From assembly GCA_050011355.1 (NCBI GenBank), contig JBEKJG010000004.1, positions 2,508-66,507 of the forward strand: DNA of 64,000 nt, written 5' to 3'. The notes below the pieces were generated by a model. It saw nothing but the letters and a program-made list of their open reading frames with translations. It ran no database searches and was not told where the DNA came from. Within the stretch, counting starts at the first letter, position 1. Each line of letters begins with the position of its first letter. This document shows, in pieces, positions 36,949 through 47,087 of the stretch. This DNA is from Thermoplasmata archaeon (GTDB lineage Archaea > Thermoplasmatota > Thermoplasmata > Lutacidiplasmatales > UBA184). Position numbers and translations under genes: made by a program.

Positions 36949-37881
36949 ATGGCGAGCGCGATCGAGGTCCGGGGCCTCGTCAAACGCTACGCGTCGATCT
37001 CCGCGGTCGACCACATCGAGTTCACGGTCGAGGCGGGGGCGGTCTACGCGTTCCTCGGCCCCAACGGCGCGGGGAAGACCACGACCACCGAGATCCTCGA
37101 GGGCCTGCGCCGTCGGACGGAGGGGGACGTCCGGGTCCTCGGCCTCGACCCCTGGACCGAGGGGATCCGGCTCCACCGGCGCATCGGGGTCATTCCCCAG
37201 GACTTCCGATTCTTCGAGAAGATCACGCCGACCGAGGCGATCGAGTACTACGGGAGCCTCTTCGGGACGCGACCGAACCCGACGGAGCTGCTCGGGAAGG
37301 TCGACCTGTTGGACAAAGCGCACAGCCGCTTCGACACGCTTTCGGGCGGCCAGAAGCAGAAGCTGGGCCTCGCCCTCGCGCTCTCCGACAACCCCGAGGT
37401 CTGTTTCCTGGACGAGCCGACGACCGGACTCGACCCCCAGGCCCGTCGGTCGATCTGGGAGGTGATCCGGGGCCTGAAGCGCGACGGCCGCACGGTGTTC
37501 CTCACGACCCACTACCTCGAGGAGGCGGAGATCCTCGCCGACCAGGTCGGGATCATCCACCACGGCAAGATCATCGCTTCCGGGACCCCGGGGGAGATCA
37601 TCCGGGCCCACGGACGGGCCGAACGGCTGGTCTTTGAGGCCGGTCCGGCGCTGGCCGACTATCTGCAGCGGACGCTCGGGTGCCCGGCCGAGGTGCGGGA
37701 GGGCCGGGTGGAGGTCCCGCTCCGGTCCAACCGGGAGGCCGCCCAGATCCTGACGGCGGTCGACGCGAGCGGGATCCCGACGAACGGGTTCTTCACCGAG
37801 CGGGACACCCTCGAGGACGTCTTCGTGCGTCTGGTGGGGCCGATGGACGAGGGCGCGTTGAAAGCGGAGGCGACCGCATGA
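36949..37881 (+). CDS. ABC-2 exporter ATP-binding protein
   Basis: GPNGAGKTT, LSGGQKQK, FLDEPTTGLD, TTHYLEEA. Confidence 0.95.
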   Translation: MASAIEVRGLVKRYASISAVDHIEFTVEAGAVYAFLGPNGAGKTTTTEILEGLRRRTEGDVRVLGLDPWTEGIRLHRRIGVIPQDFRFFEKITPTEAIEYYGSLFGTRPNPTELLGKVDLLDKAHSRFDTLSGGQKQKLGLALALSDNPEVCFLDEPTTGLDPQARRSIWEVIRGLKRDGRTVFLTTHYLEEAEILADQVGIIHHGKIIASGTPGEIIRAHGRAERLVFEAGPALADYLQRTLGCPAEVREGRVEVPLRSNREAAQILTAVDASGIPTNGFFTERDTLEDVFVRLVGPMDEGALKAEATA

Positions 37882-38996
37882 AGCCCGCCCGCATCTACGC
37901 CGACCTGAAGGTCGTCGTCCGGTCCTACCTCCGGAACCCGGTCGCCCTGTTCTTCTCCCTCATCTTCCCGATCATCCTCATCTCGCTGTTCGGGGCCATC
38001 TTCTCGGGCGGCAGCGGCGGCGCCGTCCCGATGGCGGTCGAAAACTTCGACCACAATTCCCCCGCGAGCGTCGAGTTCCTCTCCGCGCTCAACAACACGA
38101 GCCTCGTCCAGGTCCAGATGGTGAACTACCCCGTTTCCGACTTCTCGGCCCAGCTGGGCGACAACGGATACTCGGTCGGCCTCATCATCCCCGCCGGGTT
38201 CCAGGGAGGCCTGGTCAACCGTACGCCCGTCAACCTGACCCTCTTCACGAACCCGGAAAGTGCCGCGGCCGCCGGGCAGGCGGAGGGCGCGGTGACCGGG
38301 GTGGCGAACTACTTCAACCTCCGGGCGGTCTGCGGCGGGGGCAGCTGCGCGCCGGTCGTCCAGGTCCCGGCCCCGAAGAACATCGGCAGCCAGGTCTACA
38401 CGTACATCGACTACCTGATCCCGGGCCTGATCGGGTTCTCGATCCTGACGAGCCCGATGTTCTCGATGGTCGACATCGCCTCGTCGTACCGGAAGGAGGG
38501 GATCTTCCGGGCGCTCTCGCTTACGCCCCTCACGAAGGCCGAGTGGCTCCTCTCGCGGATCATCTGGTACGTCCTCTTGACGTTCGTGACCGCCAGCATC
38601 ATGATCGGGGCCGGCGTGGGGCTGTTCGGCGCCCACGTCGAGATCACGGCCGGCCTCTTCGCCTTCCTCGTGATGGGCCCGTTCCTGTTCGTCTCGCTGG
38701 GCATGCTCGCGGGGACCGTCGCGAAGACCCCGGAGAGCGCGGCGCTCATCGGGAACATCATCACTTTCCCGATGATGTTCCTGTCCGGGACGTTCTTCGC
38801 CGTCTCCGAGTTCCCGGCCTGGCTTCAGCCGGTCGCCAAGGTCCTGCCCCTCTACTACGTGATCGACGGGATGGACCAGGTGATGCTGTTCGCCAACACC
38901 GCGCGGGCGCTGTTCGACGTGGCGGTCATCACGGTCCTCGCGGCGATCATCTTCGCCCTGGCCGTCCGCTTCTTCCAGTGGAGGGACGTGGAGTGA
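37878..38996 (+). CDS. ABC-2 exporter permease
   Basis: RNPVALFFSLIFP, YLIPG, FLSGTFF, LPLYY. Confidence 0.9.
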   Translation: MKPARIYADLKVVVRSYLRNPVALFFSLIFPIILISLFGAIFSGGSGGAVPMAVENFDHNSPASVEFLSALNNTSLVQVQMVNYPVSDFSAQLGDNGYSVGLIIPAGFQGGLVNRTPVNLTLFTNPESAAAAGQAEGAVTGVANYFNLRAVCGGGSCAPVVQVPAPKNIGSQVYTYIDYLIPGLIGFSILTSPMFSMVDIASSYRKEGIFRALSLTPLTKAEWLLSRIIWYVLLTFVTASIMIGAGVGLFGAHVEITAGLFAFLVMGPFLFVSLGMLAGTVAKTPESAALIGNIITFPMMFLSGTFFAVSEFPAWLQPVAKVLPLYYVIDGMDQVMLFANTARALFDVAVITVLAAIIFALAVRFFQWRDVE

Positions 38997-39526
38997 CCGG
39001 TCCCCCCCACCCCCCGCCGGAGGGCCGGGCGTTCCGCGGGCTGATGGCCCGGTGGGCGACGGGCGTGGCCGTCGTGACGGCCCACGACGGTTCGCTGGAC
39101 GCCGGCCTGACCGTCAACGCCCTCCTCTCCGTCTCCCTCGCGCCCCCGTCCCTCCTGATCAGCCTCACGCAGGACGCCGACACCACGCCGATCGTCCAGC
39201 GGAGCGGCGCGTTCGCGGTCAACTTCCTCGCCTCCGACCAGCGGGCCCTCAGCGAGCGGTTCGCCCAGACGCTTCCCTCGGGCGAGAAGTTCCGAGGCCT
39301 CCCCGTGCACCGGGGGACCACCGGCGCGGCGCTGCTCGACGGGACGCTCGGGGCGGCGGAGTGCCGCGTCGCCCGGTGGATGCCCCAGTACGACCACGTG
39401 CTCATCGTGGGCGAGGTGGTCCGCCAGGAGCTCGGGCGGGACGGGGCTCCGCTCCTGTTCTTCCGGTCCGGTTACGCCGAACCCGACCCCTCCGGTCAGG
39501 TCCGGCTCGTTCCGCCCAGGGGGTAG
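38993..39526 (+). CDS. Flavin reductase (HpaC/DIM6-like)
   Basis: WATGVAVVT, SVSLAPP, FAVNFL, DHVLIVGEV, PLLFFRSGY. Confidence 0.9.
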   Translation: MTGPPHPPPEGRAFRGLMARWATGVAVVTAHDGSLDAGLTVNALLSVSLAPPSLLISLTQDADTTPIVQRSGAFAVNFLASDQRALSERFAQTLPSGEKFRGLPVHRGTTGAALLDGTLGAAECRVARWMPQYDHVLIVGEVVRQELGRDGAPLLFFRSGYAEPDPSGQVRLVPPRG

Positions 39527-39637
39527 GGGCCGTCGCCCTCGCCCGCCCGACCCGGGGCGTGTTACGCCGCCCGGACGGAGTATCACTGACGTAAATTCGC
39601 CCAGGGTTCATAAGGGCCGGACCGCCTCCGGATCACC

Positions 39638-42600
39638 ATGGGCGCCCTTCCGCTCCGCAGTCCGAATTCCCGAATCCCGTCCGCCGAACCCTCCCGCTCC
39701 CGTGCGCTCCGTCCGACCCATCGGACGCTCGTGACGGGCGCGGTGATCGGGGTGGTCCTCTTCCTCCTCCTCGCATCCCTCGGCGCGCTGGGTGGTTCGT
39801 TCGCCGCCCCCTCCCATGCCGGCACGGCAGCTTCGTCCCGAGTGGCGTCGGCACCGGGCGGGGTCGTCGGCTCCCCGGCCGCGATCCCCCAGCACCGGCT
39901 CGCCACCGTATCGCTCCAGCCCGGCCCGGCCGGGTCCCTGCCGACCACTCCCTCGTGGCTCGCGTACGATCACGGCGACCAGTCGTTCTACGTGGCCGTG
40001 GCCCCCTCCAGCGTCGACGTGGTGAATGGAGCGTTCAATTGGTCCCCCGTCGTGAACCTCACCGTCCCGGTCGGCAGCGACCCGTTCGGGGTCGCCTACG
40101 ACAATGCGTCGGGGAACGTCTTCGTTACCAATTCCGGCTCCAACAACGTCAGCGTCCTCAACGGCTACCTTTCCTACCCGATCTGGAACACGCCGGTCGG
40201 CTCCGCCCCCACCGGGATCGCCTACGACCCGGTGAACCACTACGTCTACGTCGCCAACAACGGCAGCGCCAACGTCTCGGTGATCGGTACGAACCTCACG
40301 GTCATCGACACGATCGCCGTCGGCACGAACCCGATCGGGGTCGCCGTCGATCCGGTCACCGGCAACGTCTTCGTGGCGAACTACGGGTCGAACAACGTCA
40401 CGGTGATCTCGGGGAGCACCAACTCCGTCATCGCCAACGTCTCCGTCGACACCGGCCCCTACGGGGTCGCCGTCGACAACGCGACCGGCAACGTCTACGT
40501 CACCGACCAGGGCACGAGCAACGTGAGCGTGATCTCGGGGAGCTCGTTCGGGGTCATCGCCAACATCTCGGTGGGATCCTTCGGGGTCGCTTGGCAGATC
40601 GACCTCCAGGGGATCGCCTACGACCCCGGCGACGGATACCTCTGGGTCGGCGGGGGCCACAACCCGCTCGTCGTGATCAATCCGGCCAACGAGTCGATCC
40701 TCACCGTTCTCACGTTCGACCCCTCCGGCGTGGCCTACGACCCCGACACCGGGGACGTCTGCGTCACCAACACCGCCAACACGACGTTCGAGTGCGCCCA
40801 GTTCCTGGGCGGGTCGCCGTCACCGGACCGCGCGTTCACCTTCCAGGAGAGCGGGCTCCCCCTGAACCAGAACCAGGACTGGAGTGTAACGCTCGGCGAC
40901 AACAACGCGTCCGGGTTCAACATGGTTCCCGGGACGATCCAGATCCTCGAATTGCCGAACGCTACTGTGCCGTACCAGTTCAGCGTATCGTCCGTCGGCT
41001 CGTACTTCCCCTCGCCCGCCTCGGGCAACGTCACCCTCGGCCCGAACGGAACGACCGTCAACATCACCTATTCCACGGGGGGGACGCTGTATCCGGTGCT
41101 CTTCGTGGAGAACGGCCTGCCGTACGGGACCGCGTGGACCGTGACCCTGGGAGGGGTCACCAAGACCTCCACCATCGGAAACGGGAGCCTCGAGTTCGAG
41201 GTCCCGAACGGGACCTATGTCTACTTCCTCGGCGGCGGGAGGCCCGGGTACGCTCCTCCCGCGGATTGGGGTTGGGCCGTGGTCAACGGGGACGCTCCTC
41301 GCATCGTGCTCGCGTACTCCGGTCCCGCGTGGTATTTTGTCACGTTCAACGCCCAGGGCCTGCCGAACGGGACCAACTGGTCCGTGGGGGTCAACGGTTC
41401 GTGGCAGTACGCCCAGGCGCCGACCGACACCCTGGAGTTCGGCGAACCGAACGGGAGCTACGGCTTCACGACCAACGGCAACGGAACCTATGCCGCCACG
41501 ACGCCCTTCGGCTCTCTCCAGATTGCCGGGGGGGACCTGATCATCAACCTCAGCTTCGTCCGGGTGACGACCTACTCGGTCGTGGTCACCGAGTCCGGGC
41601 TTCCGGCGAACTCCACCTGGGCCGTGAACGTGAGCGGTCGGTGGGACGGTACGACGTCCACGTCCCTCACCGTCTGGGAGCCGAACGGGACCTACTGGTA
41701 CGTCGTTCTCTCCCCCCCCGGGCCACCGTACTACTCCCCGAACCCGAACAACGGCTCGTTCACGGTGGTGGGGGCGAGCGTCGCGGTCAACATCACATTC
41801 GTCCCGCAGGGGCAGGTGTACCCGGTCACGTTTGACGAAGCCGGACTTCCGTCCGGGACGCCCTGGTCCGTGGGATTCGATGGTGCGACCGGTTCGAGCT
41901 CGAACTCGTCCGTGCAGACGTTCGCCCCGAACGGGACGTACCCCTTCCAGGTGGGGAACGTCAGCGGCTACTCGGCCAGCCCCGGCTCCGGCTGGCTGAA
42001 CATCAGCGGCGCCCCGGTGGCTGTGTCGATCACGTTCTCGTCCACCGGACTCTACCCGGTCTACCTCGTCGAGTCGGGATTGCCGAACGGGTCGGCGTGG
42101 AGCGCGGCGCTCAACGGCACATCGCTCTCGTCCACGACCGACACGATCCTCTTCTCGGAGTCGAACGGGAGCTACAGCCTCTCCGTCCCGTCGGTCGCGA
42201 ACTACACGGTGAACTACACGAATCCCGTGGTCGTCCAGGGCGGGTCCCTCACGGTCGCGGTCGTGTTCTCGAACACGACCTACCCCGTGACGTTCGAGGA
42301 GTCGGGTCTCGCCACGGGCGCCCTCTGGACCGTCACGGCGGTCAACCGGGCGACCGGGGACTCTACCGTGGGCGACTCGACCACGAACGTGGTCACCCTG
42401 CACTTGGCCAACGGACAGTATGACCTGACGGCCTCCGGACCGGTCGGGTACCGGATCTCGCTCCCGGCCTCGGTCACGGTGAACGGGGCGAGCCCGAGCA
42501 CGGTCACGGTCTCGTTCACCGGCCCGTCCACGGGCGGCTCGGGCGCGTCCCCCCTGACCCTCCCGCTCGTGGTCGAGGTCGCGGTCATCACGGCGGTCCT

Positions 42601-42727
42601 CGCCTCACTGGCAGGGGCCTGGGGCTACTCCACCTACCGGTACTCCCAGCGGAGGGCCGAAGGCGAGCAGTGGGTCAAGGAGCTCCGTAGCGAGGGGCAG
42701 AAGTCGGACGATGAGCGGACCCGGTAG
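39638..42727 (+). CDS. Surface protein: YncE/YVTN beta-propeller plus thermopsin-like Ig repeats, C-terminal TM
   Basis: Repeats P.G(V/I)AYD..G.V(F/Y)V.N.GS.NVSV, about 7 F.ESGLP...WSV repeats, and many N-x-S/T sequons. Confidence 0.88.
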   Translation: MGALPLRSPNSRIPSAEPSRSRALRPTHRTLVTGAVIGVVLFLLLASLGALGGSFAAPSHAGTAASSRVASAPGGVVGSPAAIPQHRLATVSLQPGPAGSLPTTPSWLAYDHGDQSFYVAVAPSSVDVVNGAFNWSPVVNLTVPVGSDPFGVAYDNASGNVFVTNSGSNNVSVLNGYLSYPIWNTPVGSAPTGIAYDPVNHYVYVANNGSANVSVIGTNLTVIDTIAVGTNPIGVAVDPVTGNVFVANYGSNNVTVISGSTNSVIANVSVDTGPYGVAVDNATGNVYVTDQGTSNVSVISGSSFGVIANISVGSFGVAWQIDLQGIAYDPGDGYLWVGGGHNPLVVINPANESILTVLTFDPSGVAYDPDTGDVCVTNTANTTFECAQFLGGSPSPDRAFTFQESGLPLNQNQDWSVTLGDNNASGFNMVPGTIQILELPNATVPYQFSVSSVGSYFPSPASGNVTLGPNGTTVNITYSTGGTLYPVLFVENGLPYGTAWTVTLGGVTKTSTIGNGSLEFEVPNGTYVYFLGGGRPGYAPPADWGWAVVNGDAPRIVLAYSGPAWYFVTFNAQGLPNGTNWSVGVNGSWQYAQAPTDTLEFGEPNGSYGFTTNGNGTYAATTPFGSLQIAGGDLIINLSFVRVTTYSVVVTESGLPANSTWAVNVSGRWDGTTSTSLTVWEPNGTYWYVVLSPPGPPYYSPNPNNGSFTVVGASVAVNITFVPQGQVYPVTFDEAGLPSGTPWSVGFDGATGSSSNSSVQTFAPNGTYPFQVGNVSGYSASPGSGWLNISGAPVAVSITFSSTGLYPVYLVESGLPNGSAWSAALNGTSLSSTTDTILFSESNGSYSLSVPSVANYTVNYTNPVVVQGGSLTVAVVFSNTTYPVTFEESGLATGALWTVTAVNRATGDSTVGDSTTNVVTLHLANGQYDLTASGPVGYRISLPASVTVNGASPSTVTVSFTGPSTGGSGASPLTLPLVVEVAVITAVLASLAGAWGYSTYRYSQRRAEGEQWVKELRSEGQKSDDERTR

Positions 42728-42834
42728 GCCCGGGTCCGACCCATGCCCGTTCGGTCCTCCCGACCCGCCCCGACCCGGGCCGACCCGGGCGGACGCCTCT
42801 TCCGTCCGCGCGGCCTCCCCCGTCGCAGGTCGTC

Positions 42835-43503
42835 ATGAACGTGGACCTCGTGGGGGCGATTGCGGCCGCGGTGGGCGGACTGGCGGTTGGGTGGGCCGCC
42901 CACTATCTCTGGGCCCGGGGACATGTCCCCCCGCAGCCGCCCTCCCCTCCACCGCCCGCCGCGCCCGCCTCGGTCGTCCGACCTGTCGTACCGTCCACCG
43001 TCCCCTCTCCGATGGCGGTCGCCGCGGTCCGGGTCCCCGCCATCCGCCGCCCGGAGCCGTTCCCCAACTCCCCTCCGTCGGCGGGAGCTTCGCAATCCAA
43101 GACCCCGGCCGCTACCGAGGGACTCGGGCTCGCCCGGCGGGTCATTCTCCACCTCTCGCTCCAAGGGCCGCTCGCGCACGATGAAGTGGCACGGATCGGG
43201 TTCACGCAACAGGGAATGGCCTCCACGCTGGTCGTCCGCCAGGGGAGCCTGGTCCGAGTGCTCCAGCGGCTCGAGGCGGCCGACGTCCTCACCGTCGACC
43301 GGCGGCACGTCTCCGGCGCCGACCGCCGATTGAAGGTCTACCGCCTGACCTCCCTCGGGGAGTCGGTGGCGCGAGACCTGCGCCACCCTCGGTCCGCCAC
43401 CGCGCGGGTACCTCCGCCACCCCGGGCGCCCGAGCCGCCCCCGTCGGCCACTGCCGGCGACTGGGTGGTGGGGCCCACACCCAGTGGGACGCGCCGCCCC
43501 TGA
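42835..43503 (+). CDS. Membrane-anchored winged-helix protein
   Basis: N-terminal hydrophobic helix, Pro-rich linker, TQQGMASTL.VRQGSLVRVLQRL...RRLKVYRLT. Confidence 0.7.
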   Translation: MNVDLVGAIAAAVGGLAVGWAAHYLWARGHVPPQPPSPPPPAAPASVVRPVVPSTVPSPMAVAAVRVPAIRRPEPFPNSPPSAGASQSKTPAATEGLGLARRVILHLSLQGPLAHDEVARIGFTQQGMASTLVVRQGSLVRVLQRLEAADVLTVDRRHVSGADRRLKVYRLTSLGESVARDLRHPRSATARVPPPPRAPEPPPSATAGDWVVGPTPSGTRRP

Positions 43504-43601
43504 CCTCGGGTACGCTCCGGTCCGTCTTGCGGCGGGGTCTCGATAGCCCCAGGGGAGGGCATGAGTTGCGGCTTTAACCCCACGCGAACCTCCTTTCCCC
43601 G

Positions 43602-44534
43602 ATGGGGGGCGGCGAGCGCCGGACGCGCGTGGCGATCATCGGCAGCGGGCCGGCCGGCCTGACGGCCGCCCTGTACGCCGCCCGGGGCCAGCTGAAACCC
43701 CTCGTACTGACGGGCGTCCCCGCCGGTGGCCAGCTCCTGATCACGACCGACGTCGAGAACTACCCCGGTTTCCCCGACGGGGTCCAGGGCCCGGAGCTCG
43801 TGGACCTGATGCGACGCCAGGCGGGGAAATTCGGCGCGGAGTACATCGACGACAACGTTACGCGCGTGGATTTCACCCAGCGCCCGTTCCGGCTCGAGAC
43901 GGGAACGAACGGGACCGTCCTCGCCGACTCGGTCATCATCGCCACCGGTGCGAATGCGCGCTGGCTCGGTTTGGCCTCGGAGGAACGCCTCCGCAACCAC
44001 GGGGTCTCCGCGTGCGCGACATGTGACGGGTTCTTCTTCAAGGGAAAGGACCTGGTCGTGGTCGGCGGCGGCGACACCGCCATGGAAGAGGCCCTCTTCC
44101 TCACGAACTTCGCGACCCACGTCACGATCGTGCACCGCCGGGACACCCTCCGGGCGAGCCAGGTCATGCAGCACCGCGCACGACACCACCCCAAGATCTC
44201 CTTCGAGCTCGAATCGGCCGTGGAGGAGGTCCTGGGCGCGGAGAAGGTAGAGGGGGTTCGAGTGAAGCACCTCCCGTCGGGCCGGACGAAGGTCTTGCCG
44301 GTGGGCGGGCTGTTCGTCGCGATCGGCCACGAGCCCGCGACCGCGGTGTTCCGGGGGGTACTCGAGCTGACCTCCGAAGGGTACCTCAAGGTCCACGACC
44401 ACACCCGCACGAGCGTCACCGGGGTCTTCGCCGCGGGGGACGCGGAAGACCACCGGTACCGCCAGGCCGTGACGGCCGCGGGGGCGGGTTGCATGGCCGC
44501 GATCGACGCCGAGCGGTGGCTGCAGGACCAGTAG
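43602..44534 (+). CDS. trxB: Thioredoxin-disulfide reductase
   Basis: IIGSGPAG, GGQL..TTDVENYPG, CATCDG, VGGGDTA, FAAGD. Confidence 0.96.
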   Translation: MGGGERRTRVAIIGSGPAGLTAALYAARGQLKPLVLTGVPAGGQLLITTDVENYPGFPDGVQGPELVDLMRRQAGKFGAEYIDDNVTRVDFTQRPFRLETGTNGTVLADSVIIATGANARWLGLASEERLRNHGVSACATCDGFFFKGKDLVVVGGGDTAMEEALFLTNFATHVTIVHRRDTLRASQVMQHRARHHPKISFELESAVEEVLGAEKVEGVRVKHLPSGRTKVLPVGGLFVAIGHEPATAVFRGVLELTSEGYLKVHDHTRTSVTGVFAAGDAEDHRYRQAVTAAGAGCMAAIDAERWLQDQ

Positions 44535-44640
44535 TCGCCGTCGGGCCGGACCCCGTCCGTTCGTGGGGGATGCGCGGCGCAGTCCGGTCCCGGGATACCC
44601 TTTAATAATTCCCGGAGCGGTCGGAGCCGAGGAAGGCGCC

Positions 44641-44832
44641 TTGCCGAGCAAGAAGAGCCTCCATATCGAGTCGTCCGGCCAGCTGTGCATCTACTGCGGG
44701 GCCTGCGTCGGGATCTGCCCGCTGAACTGCATCTACCTCGACGAGACGCGGATCACGTTCGACGAGAAGGTCTGCACGCGGTGCGAGATCTGCGTGAAGG
44801 CCTGCCCGGTCGGGGCGATCGAGATCGACTGA
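44641..44832 (+). CDS. 2x[4Fe-4S] ferredoxin
   Basis: CIYCGACVGICP and CTRCEICVKACP. TTG start is inferred. Confidence 0.9.
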   Translation: MPSKKSLHIESSGQLCIYCGACVGICPLNCIYLDETRITFDEKVCTRCEICVKACPVGAIEID

Positions 44833-44856
44833 GCCCCGGGGGAGGGAATCGAAGGC

Positions 44857-46047
44857 ATGGCACCGGACCTCACGACGGACGTCCTCGTCATCGGGGCGGG
44901 ACCCGCCGGCAGCATGACCGCCAAGTGGGCGGCCAAGCACGGCGCGAAGGTCCTGATGATCGAAAAACGGCAGGAGATCGGCAGCCCCGTCCGCTGCGGC
45001 GAGGGGATGAGCAAGGACTGGCTGCACGACGTAGGGATCAAGCCCGGGCGCTGGGTCAACCTCGAAGTCGAGGGGGCCCGCATCTACTCGCCGAGCGAGA
45101 AGGTCTTCGAGATCAACGAGAAGCACGCCGGCAACGAGGTCGGCTACGTCGTCGAACGGGACGAGTTCGACAAGCAGCTCGCGATCGACGCCGCCAACGA
45201 GGGGGTCGAGGTGCGCCTCAAGACCTCGGCCACCGCGATCCTGAAGGAGAACGGCCAGGTCGTCGGCGCGAAGGTCAAGCAGTTCGGCACGACCTTCGAC
45301 GTGCGCGCGAAGGTGACCATCGGGGCGGACGGGTTCGAGAGCCAGGTCGGCCGGTGGGCCGGGATCTCGACCAACCTCGCGCTCCGCGACATGGACACGT
45401 GCCTCCAGTACCGCATGACGAACGTCGACTGCGACGTCCGCTACTGCGATTTCTACCTCGGCAAGGTCGCTCCCGGCGGATACGTCTGGATCTTCCCGAA
45501 GGCGGAGGGCCTCGCGAACGTCGGGATCGGCGTGCAGGTCAGCCAGATCAAGTCGATGGCCGAGGCCCGCTCCTACCTCGATGCCTGGATCGCGAACCAC
45601 CCCGCCTACGCGAAGGGCAAGAAGATCGACATGGTCGGCGGCGGCGTCTCCATCTCGCCGCCCCTCAAGCAGACGGTCCTCCCCGGGTTCATGCTCGTCG
45701 GCGACGCGGCGCGGATGATCGACCCGCTCACGGGCGGGGGCATCGCGAACGGGTGCATCGCCGGCAAGATCTGCGGGACGGTCGCCGCGGAGGCGGTCCA
45801 CTCGGGCGACGCCTCCCTGAAGGTCCTCGACAAGTACGAGAAGGGCTGGCGCGTGCGGCTCGAGGAGAAGCTCTACCGCAACTGGCTCGCGAAGGAGAAG
45901 CTCACCACCCTCTCGGACGAGACGTTCGACAAGATCGTGGACGCGCTGCTCGGGGTCAAGCTCGAGAAGCTGAACGTCCACAACATCCTGAAGGCGGTCC
46001 ACGAGAAGTACCCGGAAGTCACGAAGGAGTTCGAGGCGTTCCTCTAA
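44857..46047 (+). CDS. Digeranylgeranylglycerophospholipid reductase (geranylgeranyl reductase)
   Basis: GAGPAG, EIGSPVRCGE, R.EFD, PGGYVWIFPK, GDAA..IDPLTGGGI. Confidence 0.93.
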   Translation: MAPDLTTDVLVIGAGPAGSMTAKWAAKHGAKVLMIEKRQEIGSPVRCGEGMSKDWLHDVGIKPGRWVNLEVEGARIYSPSEKVFEINEKHAGNEVGYVVERDEFDKQLAIDAANEGVEVRLKTSATAILKENGQVVGAKVKQFGTTFDVRAKVTIGADGFESQVGRWAGISTNLALRDMDTCLQYRMTNVDCDVRYCDFYLGKVAPGGYVWIFPKAEGLANVGIGVQVSQIKSMAEARSYLDAWIANHPAYAKGKKIDMVGGGVSISPPLKQTVLPGFMLVGDAARMIDPLTGGGIANGCIAGKICGTVAAEAVHSGDASLKVLDKYEKGWRVRLEEKLYRNWLAKEKLTTLSDETFDKIVDALLGVKLEKLNVHNILKAVHEKYPEVTKEFEAFL

Positions 46048-46064
46048 CGCCTCCCAACCGTTCG

Positions 46065-46703
46065 ATGCCCGGCGCACCCAACCGTCCCCCTCCGAAGGAC
46101 CCCGAGGTCCCGGTCGCCCCGACCGTCCCGGAGACGCCCGAGCGTCAGGTGCTCCGCCGACTGGCCCCGTGCCGGATCGCGCTCCGGCTCGACCAGTGGA
46201 AGAACGCCCCGAGCCCGGACCTGGTCGCCCCGTACGACCGGGCCGAGACCGCGTATGCCGCGGGCGACTACGCGGGCGCGCTCCAGGCCCTCGACCAACT
46301 CTCCGTCCGTTTCCACGAGCCCCGCTGGCCGACCCTCCCCGAGCCGTTCCGCCGGCTCCGCGTCCCGATCCCGCCGCCGATGCCGCCCCACTGGGACCCG
46401 GAACACGGCATGGCCGTCCCCGAGAAGGAGGCACGCCGGGCCCGTCGGAGCGCGGAGGACCAGCTCGCCCTGGCCCGGGCCACGGTCGCCTGGGCCGGGA
46501 CCCACGGCACCGACCTCTCGGCCCTAGCCCCGGGGGTCGAACGGTCCGCCGCGATCCTCGAATCGGAAGGGGTCGTGGCCGGGTTCTACGACGGGATCGA
46601 CGCGGTCTGGCTGGCCGTTCGTGAGCACGTCGCGAAACCGGCCGCTCCCGCCGCGGCCCGCGCGCCCCCGGCCCCCGCCTCCGAAGAGGTCGGCGAGGCG
46701 TAG
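46065..46703 (+). CDS. Hypothetical alpha-helical protein
   Basis: 212-aa coding-like ORF that follows GGR. Confidence 0.7.
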   Translation: MPGAPNRPPPKDPEVPVAPTVPETPERQVLRRLAPCRIALRLDQWKNAPSPDLVAPYDRAETAYAAGDYAGALQALDQLSVRFHEPRWPTLPEPFRRLRVPIPPPMPPHWDPEHGMAVPEKEARRARRSAEDQLALARATVAWAGTHGTDLSALAPGVERSAAILESEGVVAGFYDGIDAVWLAVREHVAKPAAPAAARAPPAPASEEVGEA

Positions 46704-46789
46704 GCCGGCCGGGACGGACCACGTCGCCGGAAGGACCGCACCGCCGCACGCGGCGGGGCGAGGGCGAGGTCACCCAGTGGCCCCGTGGC

Positions 46790-47062
46790 CTGGTCGATTA
46801 CACTCCCAAGGGATCTCCCGACGACACCCCGTCGCCCGAAGAGGACCGGACCGGCAACCGGATCCGTCTCGCCTCGCGACTGCTCTCGCTGCTCCGCTCC
46901 CAGGGCCACGACGTCTCCCGCGAACTGCGGGACCTGACGGCCGCCGAACGCGCGTACGCGGCGGGCCGTCCGGACGAGGCGACCCGGAGGGTCGAACAGC
47001 TCCTCGGCGAGCTCGCTCGCCGGACCGACCCCGGTCCGAAGGACCGGTCTCCCACACCTTAA
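46790..47062 (+). CDS. Small hypothetical helical protein (no canonical start; CTG at 46790 proposed)
   Basis: Frame reads LVDYTPKG...RIRLASRLLSLLRSQGHDVSRELRDLTAAERAYAAGRPDEATRRVEQLL with GC3-rich codons. Not in the supplied ORF track. Confidence 0.55.
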   Translation: MVDYTPKGSPDDTPSPEEDRTGNRIRLASRLLSLLRSQGHDVSRELRDLTAAERAYAAGRPDEATRRVEQLLGELARRTDPGPKDRSPTP

Positions 47063-47087
47063 GGCGGCGAGCGCCTCCGGAAGGCCG

